Notes: generated by a model not told the origin, from the sequence alone. A stretch of 62,617 bases of DNA, filler included, from Chiloscyllium plagiosum (GCF_004010195.1; 3 parts of one record of this genome joined end to end with filler, not necessarily neighbours in it); one strand, 5' to 3'; counted from the whole stretch's first letter, positions 26,552 to 39,432 are shown. Made by a program: numbers and translations.

Positions 26552-26870
26552 TTAGATTGGATTAGATTCCCTACAGTATGGAACAGGCCCTTCAGCCCAA
26601 CAAGTTCACACCGACGTCCGAAGAGCAACCCACCCAGACCTATTCACCTACATTTACGCCTGACTAATACATCTAACAGTATGGACAATTTAGCATGGCC
26701 AATTCACCTGACCTGCACATCCTTGGACTGTGGGAGGAAACCCGAGCACCCGGAGGAAACCTACGCAGACACAGGGAGAATGTGCAAACTCCACACAGAC
26801 AGTCGCCCGGGGCAGGAATCAAACTCAGATCTCTGGTGCTGTGAGGCAGCAGTGCTAACTGCTGAGTGGC
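26552..26870 (-). mobile_element. HE1-type SINE
   Basis: (AGATT)n reverse tail; reverse-complement V domain and tRNA head. Confidence 0.9.
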
Positions 26871-28064
26871 CTATTTCTAGCTGAAGATCTCCCTGGATTG
26901 TCGTCAGTCTTTTTACAGCGAATATGTTTCATATGAAAAGGTACCTTTCTTAGAGAGGTTTTCCTAATTTCTTAGAGAGCAAGATGTTAGCTCTCTGTGT
27001 GTTTCTGTCTCGATGGCAGTTGCTCTCTGACCAATTTTCAAAATGGCCACATTTTATACCCCTCCAAACATCGGATTGTCTCATTGGTTCAATGTTGACA
27101 AAACAATAAATTCAATCTCAATTGGGTTTTGATATCCTGGGGCACAATTTAAACCGATTGGTTAAATTTGAACTGTTGTCAGAACAGAAACCAAAACTTA
27201 GGTATCCATTTCACAGCCAAATGTTACATATTTTCAATTTTCCAGTACACTCTGGGACTGCCATCTAGTCAGATACCCAGGTGCTTGTAATCTCTCAGTT
27301 CAGAACATCTTTCACTCTCTCTTAAAAGGTATAGTGCTCGCCTTCAACTTCATAACACAAGAGACTCAGGAAATTTTCTGGGTACACAAGCCAAAAGAAT
27401 TGTGTCCCAAGGAAGAGTCACTGGTCCTAAAACATTAACTCTGATTTCTCTTCACAGAATCTGCTGAGCTCTTCCAACAACTTCTTTTGTTAATGTTCTG
27501 GGGGCTCCAGTTCAAATCCTGCCACAGCAGATGGTGGAATTTGAATTCAATAAAAATCTGGAATTAAGCGTCTAATGGTGACCATGAATCCATGTAAAAT
27601 TGTAGGAAAACCCATTACCAATGCCTTTTAGGGAAGAAATCTTCCATCCTCACCTGGCCTGGCCTACATGTGACTTCAGACCCACAGCAATGTGGTTGAC
27701 TCTTAACCACCCTCTGAGTAATCAGGGGTCGGCAATTAAAATAATACCCAGTTTTCCCCATTCAAAGGCAAACAATCCTCTGAAATGAAAACAAAACTTC
27801 TCAATCTCACCTTAAAGGAACAATCCCTTATTTTTATATTCTGTCCCCAAGTGTTAATCTCCTCCATAAGGGGAACAGTCCTCTCAATATCTATTCTGTC
27901 AAATTCCCTGTTCATATATTCCTCTGTCAATAAGCTCCTATTTTCCTACAACTCTATGTTCTTTTGTTTATTGGTTCTCTCTTCCCCTTGCTCCATATGA
28001 TTTGAGACTGAACATAGTTTAAAATGCACTGGTAAGGCCAGAGTTAGAAGATAGAGTTGGAAGA

Positions 28065-29100
28065 TCTGTATCAGCTGGCCATGAGGGACCGTGTCAAAGG
28101 CCTTGTTAAGTCCATATTGACAATGTCCGCCTCCCTGCCCTCTTTGGTTCTGCAGTGAGCGGGTAAGGTGGACACAGAACTGGCTTGGTCATAGAAGACA
28201 GAGAGTAGTGGTAGGTCTTTTCTCTGAGTGAAGATCTGTAACCAGTGATATTCTGCAAGGATCGATGCTGGGGTCCCTGTTGTTTGTAAACTATATAAAT
28301 TATTTGGAGAGAATGTTGGTGATTAGTAAGCCTGAGTAGTAAGTTTGCAGTTGACCCATAGATTAGAGGAGCTGCAGATAGTGAGGATTGCCAGAGGATA
28401 TGGCAGATATAGACAGGCTGGAGACTTGGGTAGAGAAATGGCAGATAGAATTTAACCTGAACAAATGCAAAGTGATGTATTTTGGAAGGTCTAATGCAGT
28501 AGGGCAGTATGTAGTAAATGGGAGAGCCCTTAGAAGCATTAATGTACAGAGGGACCTAGGTGTACAGGTCCACAGTTCCCTGAAAGTGACAACACAAATG
28601 GATAAGGTGGTCAAGAAGGCATATGGCATGCTGGCCTTCATTGGTCAGGGCACAGAATATAAAAATTGGCAAGTCATGTATGGAGCTTTAGTGAGGCCTG
28701 ATTTCAAATATTGCATACAGTTCTGGTCAGAAGGATGTGCAGGCTTTGGAGAGAGTACAGAAACAGTTTGTCAGGATGTTGCCTGGTTTGGAGGGTAGTG
28801 TCTATGAGAAGAGATTGGACAAACTTGGTTTTCATTTTAATGTCGAAAACTGAGGGGTGACCTGATAGAAGTTTACAAAATTATGAAAGGCGGGGATAGA
28901 CTGAATGATCGGGTAGAAAAGTCAATTACTAGAAGACATAGGTTTAAGGTAAAAAGAGATAAGTTTAACAGACAGGTGAGAGGCACATTTTTTACAGAGT
29001 GGTGAGTGCCAGGAATGCGCTGCCAGAGGAGGTGGTAGAAACGGATATGATAGCAAAATTTATGAGTCATCTTCACACTATATGAATAGGCAGGGAATTG
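28065..29100 (+). mobile_element. CR1 LINE with an inverted 5' segment; its 3' UTR resumes at ~38365-38480
   Basis: ORF 28388-28798 WVEKWQIEFNLNKCKVMYFG...LVRPDFKYCIQFWS; tail GGGCCCAAGGGCCTGTTCCTGTGCTGTACTGTTCTTTGTTCTT at ~38438-38480. Confidence 0.85.
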
Positions 29101-32100
29101 TGTTAGATTTAGATTTTTACTGTCACGTGTACCCAAGTACAGGAGTACAGGAGTACTGAGGTACAGCAGTACAGAAGTACAGGAGTACAGGCGTACAGGA
29201 GTACAGAACTACAGAAATACAGGAGTACAGGAGTACAGAAGTATAGGAGTACAGAAGAAAAGAAGTACAGTAGTACAGGAGTACCGAAGTACAGGAGTAC
29301 AGGAGTATAGAAGTACAGATGTACAGGAGTACCGAAGTACAGGAGTACAGAGGTATAGGAGTACAGAAGAAAAGAAGTACAGTAGTACAGGAGTACCGAA
29401 GTACAGGAGTACAGGAGTATAGAAGTACAGATGTACAGGAGTACCGAAGTACAGGAGTACAGAGGTATAGGAGTACAGGAGTACAAAAGTACATGAGTAC
29501 AGGAGAAAAGACGTATAGGAGTACAAAAGTACAGAACTACAGGAGTACAGGAGTACCGGAGTACAGAAGAATAGGAGTACAGGAGTACAAAAGTACAGGA
29601 GTACCGGAGTACAGAAGTATAGGAGTACAGGAGTACAGGAGTACAAAAGTACAGGAGTACAGATGTACAGGAGTATATGAGTACAGGAGTACAGTAGTAC
29701 AAAATGATAGGAGTATAGAAGTACAGGAGTACAGGAGCACAGAAGTATAGGAGTACAGAGGTATAGGAGAACAAAAGTACAGGAGTACAGGAGTACTGAG
29801 GTACAGCAGTACAGAAGTACAGAAGTAGAGACGTACAGGAGTACAGAACTACAGAAATACAGGAGTACAGGAGTACAGAAGTATAGGAGTACAGAAGAAA
29901 AGAAGTACGGGAGTACAGAGGTACGGGAGAACAGAAGTACAGCAGAACAGGAGTACAGAGGTATAGGAGTACAGGAGTACAGAAGTACAGGAGTACAGGA
30001 GTACAAAAGTACAGGAGTACAGATGTACAGGAGTATATGAGTACAGGAGTACAGTAGTACAAAATGATAGGAGTACAGAAGTACATGAGTACAGGAGAAA
30101 AGACGTATAGGAGTACAAAAGTACAGAACTACAGGAGTACAGGAGTACCGGAGTACAGAAGTATAGGAGTACAGGAGTACAAAAGTACAGGAGTACAGAT
30201 GTACAGGAGTATACAAGTACAGGAGTATAGTAGTACAAAATGATAGGAGTATAGAAGTACAGGAGTACAGGAGCACAGAAGTATAGGAGTACAGAGGTAT
30301 AGGAGAACAAAAGTACAGAAGTATAGGAGTGCAGGAGTACAGGAGTACAAAAGTACAGGAGTGCAGGAGTACAGAAGTATAGGAGTACTGAATTACAGAA
30401 GTACAGAGGTACAGGAGTACAAGAGTACAGGAGTACAGAAGTATAGGAGAACAGGAATACAGAAGAACAGAAATACAGACATACAGGACTACAGAAGTAT
30501 GGGAGTACGGGAGTATGGAGGTACATGAGTACAGACATACAGGAGTACAGAAGTATAGGAGTACTGAAATACAGACATACAGGAGTACAGGAGTACAAAA
30601 GTATAGGAGTACAGAAGTAGAGGAGTACAAAGTACAGGAGTACAGGCGTACAGGAATATAGGAGTACAGAAGTACAGGAGTACAGGAGTATAGGAGAACA
30701 GAAGTACGGAAGTACAGGAGTACAGAGCTACAGGAGTACAGGAGTACTGGAGTACAGAGGTACAGGAGTACAGAAGTGTAGGAGTACAGAAGTACAGAAG
30801 TACAGGAGTACAGAAGGACAGGAGTACAGAAGTATAGGAGTACAGGAGTAAAGACGTACGGGAGTACAGGAGTACAGAAGTGTAGGAGTACAGGAGTACA
30901 AAAGTATAGGAGTACAGCAGTATAGGAGTACAGAAGTATAGGAGTACAGAAATACAGAAGTACAGGAGTACAGAAGTAAAGGAGTACAGAAGTACAGGAG
31001 TACAGAAATACAGAAGTACAGGAGTACAGAAATATAGGAGAACAAAAGTACAGAAGTACAGGAGTAAAGAAGTATAGGAGTACAGGAGTACAGAAGTATA
31101 GGAGTACAGAAGTATAGGAGAACAAAAGTACAGAAGTACAGGAGTACAGGAGTACAGAAGTATAGGAGTACAGAAGTACAGAGGTGCAGGAGTACACAAG
31201 TATAGGAGTACAGAAGTACAAGGGTACAAGAGTATTGGAGTACAGAAGGACAGGAGTACAGAAGTACAGGAGTACAGGAGTACAGAAGTATAGGAGTACA
31301 GAAATATAGGAGAACAAAAGTACAGAAGGACAGGAGTACAGAAGTATAGGAGTACAGGAGTACAGAAGTATAGGAGAACAAAAGTACAGAAGTACAGGAG
31401 TACAGAAGTATAGGAGTACAGAAGTACAGAGGTACAGGAGTACACAAGTACAGGAGTACAGAAGTACAAGGGTACAAGAGTATTGGAGTACAGAAGGACA
31501 GGAGTACAGAAGTACAGGAGTACATAAGTATAGGAGTACAGGAGTACAGAGTATAGGAGAACAGGATCACAGAAGTGCAGAAATACAGACGTACAGGAGT
31601 ACAGAAGTATTGGAGTACAGGAGTAGAGGAGTATAGGAGAATAGGAGTACAGGAGTACAGAGGTACAGAATTACAGGAGTACAGAAGTATAGGCGTACAG
31701 CAGTACAGACGTATATGAGTACAGGAGTACAGAAGAAATAGAGTACAGGAGTATAGGAGTACAGGAGTATAGAAGTACAGGAGTACAGATGTACTGGAGT
31801 ACAGGAGCATAGAAGTACAGGAGTACAGAAGTACAAGAGTACAGGAGTACAGGAGTATAGGAGTACAGGAGTGCAGAAGTATAGGAGTACAGAAGTATAC
31901 CGGTACAGGAGTACCGAGGTATAGGAGTACAGGAGTGTGGAAGTACACGAGTACAGAAATATAGACGTTTACGAGTACAGGAGTACAGAAGTACAGGATA
32001 ACAGGAGTACAGAAGTATAGGAGTACAGGAATACAGAAGTATCGGAGTACAGTAGTACAGGAGTACCGAAGTACAGGAGTACAGGAGTATAGAAGTACAG

Positions 32101-35099
32101 ATGTACAGGAGTACCGAAGTACAGGAGTACAGAAGTATAGGAGTACAGGAGTACAAAAGTACAAGAGTACAGGAGTACAGGAGTATAGGAGTACAGGAGT
32201 GCAGAAGTATAGGAGTACAGAAGTATAGGGGTACAGGAGTACCGAGGTATAGGAGTACAGGAGTGTGGAAGTACAGGAGTACAGAAATATAGACGTTTAC
32301 GAGTACAGGAGTACAGAAGTACAGGATAACAGGAGTACAGAAGTATAGGGGTACAGGAGTTCCGACGTATACGAGTACAGGAGTACAGAGGTACAGGAGT
32401 AGAGGAGTATAGAAGTACAGGAGTACAGAAGTACAGATTTACAGGCGTACAGGAGTATAGAAGTACAAGTGTACAGGAGTACAGGAGTACAGAAGTATAG
32501 GTGTACAGGAGTACAGAAGTACAGGAATACAGAAGTATACGAGTACAGTAGTACAGGAGTACAGAAGTATACGAGTACAGTAGTACAGGAGTACTGAAGT
32601 ACAGAAGCACAGGAGTATAGGAGTATAGAAGTACAGAAGTACAGGAGTAAAGAAGTACAGATGACAAGGTGTACAGGAGTACCGGAGTACAGAAGTACAG
32701 GAGTACAGAAGTATAGGAGAACAGGAGTGCAGGAGTACAGAAATACAGACATACAGGAGTACAGAAGTACAGAAGTAAAGGAGTACAGAGCTACAGGAGT
32801 ACAGGAGTACTGGAGTACAGAAGTACAGAAGTACAGGAGTACAGAAGGACATGAGTACAGGAGTACAGAAGTATAGGAGTACAGGAGTAAAGAAGTACGG
32901 GAGTACAGGAGTACAGGTGTACAGAAGTGTAGGAATACAGGAGTACAAAAGTATAGGAGTACAGAAGTACAGGAGTACAGAAGTACAGAAGTCTAGGAGT
33001 ACAGAAATATAGGAGACCAGAAGTACGGAAGTACAAGAGTACAGGAGTACAGAAGTATAGGAGTACAGAAGAACAGAGGTACAGGAGTACACAAGTACAG
33101 GAGTACAGAAGTACAAGGGTACAAGAGTACTGGAGTATAGAAGTACAGGAGTACAGAAGTATATGAGTACAGGAGTACAGGAGTACAGAAGTATAGAAGA
33201 ACAGAGACACAGAAGAACAGGAACACAGAAGTACAGAAATACCGACGTGCAGGAGGACAGAAGTATTGGAGTACAGGAGTGCGGAAGTACAGGAGTACAG
33301 AAGAATAGACGTTTATGAGTACAGGAGTACAGAAGTAGAGAAGTACAGGAGTACAGAAGTACAGGAGTACAGCAGTACAGAAATACAGAAGTACAGGAGT
33401 ACAGAAGTATAGGAGTACAGAAGTATAGGAGTACAGGAGTATAGAAGTATAGGAGTACAGGAGTACAAGAGTACAGGAGTACAGAGGTATAGGAGAACAG
33501 GAGTACAGATGTACAGGAGTATACGAGTACAGGTGTACAAGAGTACAGAAGTATAAAAGTACAGGAGTACAGGAGAATAGAAGTACAGGTGTACAGGAGT
33601 ACAAGAGTATGGAAGTACAGGAGTACACAAGTACAGGAGTAAAGGAGTACAGAAATACAGGAGTACAGAAGTATAGGAGTACAGAAGTACAGCAGTACAG
33701 AAGTACAGGAGTACAGAAGCATAGGAGTACAGAAGTATAGAAGTACAGGAGTACAGAAGTACAGGAGTATGGTAGTACAGAAGTACATGAGTACTGAAGT
33801 ACAGAAGTACATGAGTACAGGAATATAGGAGTACGGACGTACAGGAGTACACAAGTACACAAGTACAGGAGTACAGTAGTACAGAAGTACAGGAGTACAG
33901 AAGTACATGAGTACAGGAGTACAGAAGTATAGGAGTACAGAAGTACAGGAATACAAGAATATAGGAGTATGGACGTACAGGAGTACAGAAGTACAGTAGT
34001 ACAGAAGTATAGACGTTTATGAGTACAGGAGTACAGAAGTAGAGAAGTACAGGAGTACAGAAGTACAGGAGTACAGAAGTACAGGAGTACAGCATTACAG
34101 AAATACAGAAGTACAGGAGTACAGAAGTATAGGAGTACAGAAGTATAGGAGTACAGGAGTACAGAAGTATAGGAGAACAGGAGTACAGATGTACAGGAGT
34201 ATACGAGTACAGGAGTACAAGAGTACAGAAGTATAAAAGTACAGGAGTACAGGAGAATAGAAGTACAGGTGTACAGGAGTACAGGAGTACAAGAGTATGG
34301 AAGTACAGGAATACACAAGTACAGGAGTAAAGGAGTACAGAAATACAGGTGTACAGAAGTATAGGAGTACAGAAGTACAGCAGTACAGAAGTACAGGAGT
34401 ACAGAAGCATAGGAGTACAGAAGTATAGGAGTACAGGAGTACAGAAGTACAGGAGTACAGAAATACCGACGTACAGGCGTACAGAAGTACAGGAGTACGG
34501 AAGTACAGGAGGACAGAGGTATACGAGTATAGGGGTACAAGAGTACAGGAGTACAGAAATATCGGAGTACAGGAGTACAGAAGTACAGGAGTACAGAAGT
34601 ACAGGACGACAGGAGTCCAGAAGAACAGGAGTACCAGAGTAAAGAGGTACAGGAGTACAAAAGTATAGGAGTACAGGAGTACGGAAATACAGGAGTACAG
34701 AAGTACAGGAGTATAAGAGAACAGGAGTACAGGAGTACAGAAGCACAGGAGTACAAGAGTATATGAGTACAGGAGTACAGAAGTAGAGAAGTAGAGAAGT
34801 ACAGGAGTACAGAAGTACAGGAGTACAGAAGTACAGGAGTACAGCAGTACAGAAATACAGGAGTACAGAAGTATAGGAGTACAGAAGTATAGGAGTACAG
34901 GAGTACAGGAGTACAGCAGTACAGAAATACAGGAGTACAGAAGTATAGGAGTACAGAAGTACAGGAATACAGAAGTACAGGAGTACAGCAGTACAGAAAT
35001 ACAGGAGTACAGGAGTACAGAAGTATAGCAGTACAGGAGTACAAGAGTACAGGTGTACAGAGGTATAGGAGAATAGAAGTACAGGTGTACAGGAGTACA

Positions 35100-36167
35100 T
35101 TCTGGATTAGTGGTGCTGGAAGAGCACAGCAGTTCAGGCAGCATCCGAGGACAGGCAAAATCGACGTTTCGGGCAAAAGCCCTTCATCAGTAATAAAGGC
35201 AGAGAGCCTGAAGCGTGGAGAGATAAGCTAGAGGNNNNNNNNNNNNNNNNNNNNNNNNNNNNNNNNNNNNNNNNNNNNNNNNNNNNNNNNNNNNNNNNNN
35301 NNNNNNNNNNNNNNNNNNNNNNNNNNNNNNNNNNNNNNNNNNNNNNNNNNNNNNNNNNNNNNNNNNNNNNNNNNNNNNNNNNNNNNNNNNNNNNNNNNNN
35401 NNNNNNNNNNNNNNNNNNNNNNNNNNNNNNNNNNNNNNNNNNNNNNNNNNNNNNNNNNNNNNNNNNNNNGAGGTAGGGTGGGACGAGGTGTAATCCAGGT
35501 AGCTGTGGGAGTCGGTGGGTTTGTAGAAAATGTCAGTGTCAAGTCGGTCGTTACTGATGGAGATGGAGAGGTCCAGGAAGGGGAGGGAGGTGTCAGGGTG
35601 GAATGTGTTGGTGATGTTGATGAATTGCTCAACCTCCTCGCGGGAGCACGAGGTGGCGCCAATGCAGTCATCAATGTAGCGGAGGAAGAGATGGGGAGTG
35701 GTGCCGGTGTAATTACAGAAGATCAACTGCTCTACGTAGCCAACAAAGAGACAGGCATAGCTGGGGCCCATACGTGTGCCCATGGCTACCCCTTTGGTCT
35801 GGAGGAAGTGGGAGGATTCAAAGGAGTACCGGCGCATTGCTGCAAGCATGGAGCGGAGGATCTTGAAGGAGAACCGTTGCTGGTGTTTTTGAATCTGTAA
35901 TCTGTACTGTTTGTCCTGTTTGGGTCCGAACTCTGCTGGTTTAAATGTGGTCCGGAGTCCGTGTGGGATGAGTTGGTTATGGAGGCAGGCACTGAGGAAG
36001 CAAATGTGGCTGTGATACCGAGTTTGTTTCAGGACATGGTTGAAGAGCTTCAGGGCTGAGGAAATGACCTGGGAGTTGCAGTGAGAGAGAGACTCCCTGA
36101 GATTCTTGTAGAGAGAGGAGGAAAACTTCTTCAAGGCAGGCATCCTTTTTACCTCTGTTTTTACCCC
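35100..36167 (-). mobile_element. Internally deleted Penelope-like element (N-terminal ORF + RT + terminal repeat), partly in an N gap
   Basis: FLQTKGVAMGTRMGPSYACLF, FLRYIDD, LPFLDL, IFYKPTDSHSYLDYTSSHP; family A repeat at 35100-35234; flanked by TGTACAGGAGTACA. Confidence 0.9.
35161..35190 (-). ncRNA. Minimal hammerhead ribozyme motif (family A)
   Basis: CTGATGA-A-GGGC-tttt-GCCC-GAAA-CGTCGA. Confidence 0.75.
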
Positions 36168-38619
36168 TGTACAGGAGTACAGGAGTACAAGAGTATGGAA
36201 GTACAGGAGTACAGAAGTACAGGAGTAAAGGAGTACAGAAGTACAGGAGTACAGAAGCATAGGAGTACAGAAGTATAGGAGTACAGAAATACAGACGTAC
36301 AGGAGTACAGAAGTACAGGAGTATGGAAGTACAGGAGGACAGAGGTATACAAGTATTGGGGTACAAGAGTACAGGAGTACAGAAATACCAGAGTACAGGA
36401 GTACAGAAGTACAGGAGTACAGAAGTACAGGACGACAGGAGTACAGAAGTACAGGAGTACCAGAGTAAAGAGGTACAGGTGTACAAATGTATAGGAGTAC
36501 AGGAGTACAGATGTACAGAAATACAGACGTACAGGAGTACAAGAGTACAGAAGTACAGGAGGATAGGAGTACAGAAATACAGAAGTACAGGAGTACAGAA
36601 GTACAGGAGTATAGGAGTACAAGAGTACAGGAGTACAGAAGTACAGGGGTACAGGAGTACAGATGTATAGAGAACAGGAGTACAGGAGCACGGAAGTCCA
36701 GAAGTACTGAAGTACAGATGTACAGGAGTACAGACGTACAGGAGTACAGACGTATAGGAGAACAGGAGTACACCAGTACAGGAGTACAGAAGGATAGGAG
36801 TACAGGAGTACAGAAATGTAGGAGTACAGCTGTACAGGAGTACAAGAGTACAGAAGTATAGGAGAACAGGAGTACAGAAGTACAGGAGTACAGAAGTACA
36901 GATGTATAGGAGTACAGACGTATAGGAGTACAGAAATACAGACATACAGGAGTACAGAAGTATAGGAGTACAGGAGTACAGAAGTACATGAGTACAGGAG
37001 TACAGAAGTACAGGAATATAGGAGTACGGACGTACAGGAGTACACAAGTACAGGAGTACAGGAGTACAGTAGTACAGAAGTACAGGAGTACAGAAGTACA
37101 TGAGTACAGGAGTACAGAAGTATAGGAGTACAGAAGTACAGGAGTACAGGAATATAGGAGTACGAACGTACAGGAGTACAGAAGTACAGGAGTACAGAAG
37201 TATAGCAGAACAGGAGTACAGATATACAAATGTACAGAAGTACACTAGTATAGTAGTACAGAAGTACAGGCGTACAGAAATACAGACATACAGGAATACA
37301 GAAGTATAGAAGTACAGGAGTACAGAAGTACAGGAGTATGGTAGTACAGAAGTACATGAGTACCGAAGTACAGAAGTACATGAGTACAGGAATACAGAAG
37401 TACTGGAGTACAGGAATATAGGAGTACAGAAGTACAGGAGTACAGAAGTATAGGAGAACAGTAGTACAGGAGTACAGAAATACAAATGTACAGGCGTGCA
37501 GGAGTACAGAAGTATAGAAGTACAGAAGTACAGGTGTACAGAAATACATGAGTACAGAGGTATAGGAGAACAGGAGTACAGAAATACAGACGTACAGGAG
37601 TACAGAAGTACACGAGTACAGGAGTACAGAAATATAGGAGTACAGGAGTACAGAAGTTAAGGAGTACAGAAGTATAGGAGAACAGGAGTATAGGAGTACA
37701 GAAATACAGACGTACAGGAGTGCTGGAGTACAGAAGTATAGGAATACAGAAGTACAGGAGTACAGAAGTACAGGAGTACAGGTGTACAGAAATACAGGCG
37801 TGTAGGAGTACAGAAGTATAAGAGTACAGAAGTACAGAAGTTTTGGAGTCCAGAAGTATAGGAGAACAGGAGTACAAGAGTACAGAAGTGCAGAAGTACA
37901 GGAGCACAGAAGTATAGGAGAACAGGGGTACAGAAATACAGACGTACAGGAGTGCAGGAGTACAGAAGTATAGGAGTACAGGAGTATAAGAGTACAGAAA
38001 TACAGGAGTACAGGAAAACAGAAGTATAGAAGTACAGGAGTACAGAAGTACAGGAGTACAAGAGTACAGAAATACAGGAGTACAGAAGTACAGGAGTACA
38101 GGAGTACAGAAAGTCAGACGTACAGGAGTACTTAAGTATAGGATTACAGGAGTACAGGAGTACAGTGAGAAGTTTGTATTGTCACCACACACAGTGGTAT
38201 GTTAGGTGTAAAAAAAGTGTGGGTACAAAGGACTAAAAGAAACAAAGTTTAAAGGGTTAAGTATTACCTTCATAGAATAAGTATAAAAATAAAAAAATCA
38301 GGTAATATTAATATTGAGGTCCTTCTTGATATAACCTAGAAAAATAAAGAAATAAAGTTAAAATAGTGGGATACGGACTGTGTAGAGGCTAAAGTTTTTT
38401 AATTTAGAAAGGAGCCGTGTGTTGGCACAGTCTTGGTGGGCCCAAGGGCCTGTTCCTGTGCTGTACTGTTCTTTGTTCTTCAGGTGTGAAGTGGTGGAAT
38501 ATTTTTCCTTGATTTCCTAAGGTCCCCATTATCGGAGATTCCAGTCTGCAACCTGATTGTTTCATTCCTCCTGCTTTCTCTGAACATAGCAACATGTCCC
38601 AAAGCATTTTCTTATGAAT

Positions 38620-38910
38620 TGGCTGGGCTTATTTCTCATCCCTAGGTGCCCTGGAGAAGATAGTGGTGAGCTGTTTTCTTGAACCACTGAAGTCCATGTA
38701 CTGGATGTAGACCCACAATACTATGAGAGAGGGAATTTGCAAGATTTTGACCCATTAACAGTGAAAGAACAGTGATATTTTTCAAAGTCTGGGTGGTGAG
38801 TGGCTTGGAGGGGAGCTTCAGGTGGTGGTGTTCCCATGTATCTGCTACCTTTGTCCTTCTAGATGGAAGTGGTCAAGGCTTTGGAAGGTGCTGTCTAAGG
38901 AAGTTTGATG
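38620..38910 (-). mobile_element. Second LINE family 3' end
   Basis: Homologous to 4130-4430. Confidence 0.7.
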
Positions 38911-39137
38911 AATTAGCTTTTCTTCTGTCTGTGTAGAATCAATCCTATCATTTGTGAAACAGATGGGATTTTCCAACAGTTCCTGATGGTTTCATGGTCA
39001 ACATTATTGAGAAGAGCTTCATTTCCCAGACTCATTAATTGGAATTAAATTTCGCCAGCGGCTATGGTGAAATTTGAACCCATGCACTCGAGAGTGTCAA
39101 TCTGAGACATTATTGCATCACCAACCTCCTCCAGCAT

Positions 39138-39432
39138 TTTGATTAGATTAGATTCCCTACAGTGTGGAAACAGACCCTTCAGCCCAACAAGTCCACACCG
39201 ACCCTCCGAAGCACAACCCACCCATACCCCTACATTTACCCCTTCACCTAACACTACAGACAATTTAGCATGGCCAATTCACCTGACCTGCACATCTTTG
39301 GACTGTGGGAGGAAACCGGAGCACCCGGAGGAAACCCACGCAGACACGGGGAGAATGTGCAAACTCCACACAGTCAGTCGCCTGAGGCGGGAATTGAACC
39401 CGGGTCTCTGGCGCTGTGAGGCAGCAGTGCTA
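39138..39432 (-). mobile_element. HE1-type SINE, young
   Basis: (GATTA)n reverse tail; near-consensus reverse V domain and tRNA head. Confidence 0.92.

Larger units (their letters stand above)
25570..27357. mobile_element. Solo LTR (same family as 8836-9581) with 4-bp TSD CAAG, carrying two nested inserts
   Basis: TCTTATGA...TCATAACA ends; CAAG at 25566-25569 and 27358-27361; shared internal blocks such as CCCAAATTCCACTAT and CAAATGTTACATATTTTCAATTTTCCAGTAC. Confidence 0.75.
25526..27735 (+). mobile_element. tRNA-headed SINE split by the solo LTR (head 25526-25569, body ~27358-27735)
   Basis: AGTGGCATTATCGCTGGACTG head; body AATCCTGCCACAGCAGATGGTGGAATTTGAATTCAATAAAAATCTGG. Confidence 0.65.
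29136..38165. repeat. ~9-kb 8-bp minisatellite (AGTACAGG/AGTACAGA)n, roughly 1000 units, with variant cassettes
   Basis: Directly visible; purine-rich plus strand with periodic GTAC; interrupted at 35100-36167. Confidence 0.98.
29101..38365 (-). mobile_element. Rex1-like LINE 3' end hosting the minisatellite expansion
   Basis: Left flank AGATTTTTACTGTCACGTGTACCCAAGTACAG and right flank GTACAGTGAGAAGTTTG rejoin into the motif seen at 39733 and 43015. Confidence 0.6.

Noticed and set aside
35187..37229. 680-aa repeat-RT fusion protein
   Set aside because: Chance in-frame read-through from the satellite into an inserted Penelope fragment and an N gap.
29109..38192. Very long minus-strand ORFs (up to 727 aa, VLLYSCTP repeats) and plus-strand YRSTGVQE ORFs
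   Set aside because: By-products of an 8-bp repeat that seldom generates stops; they overlap in all frames and have no domain content.
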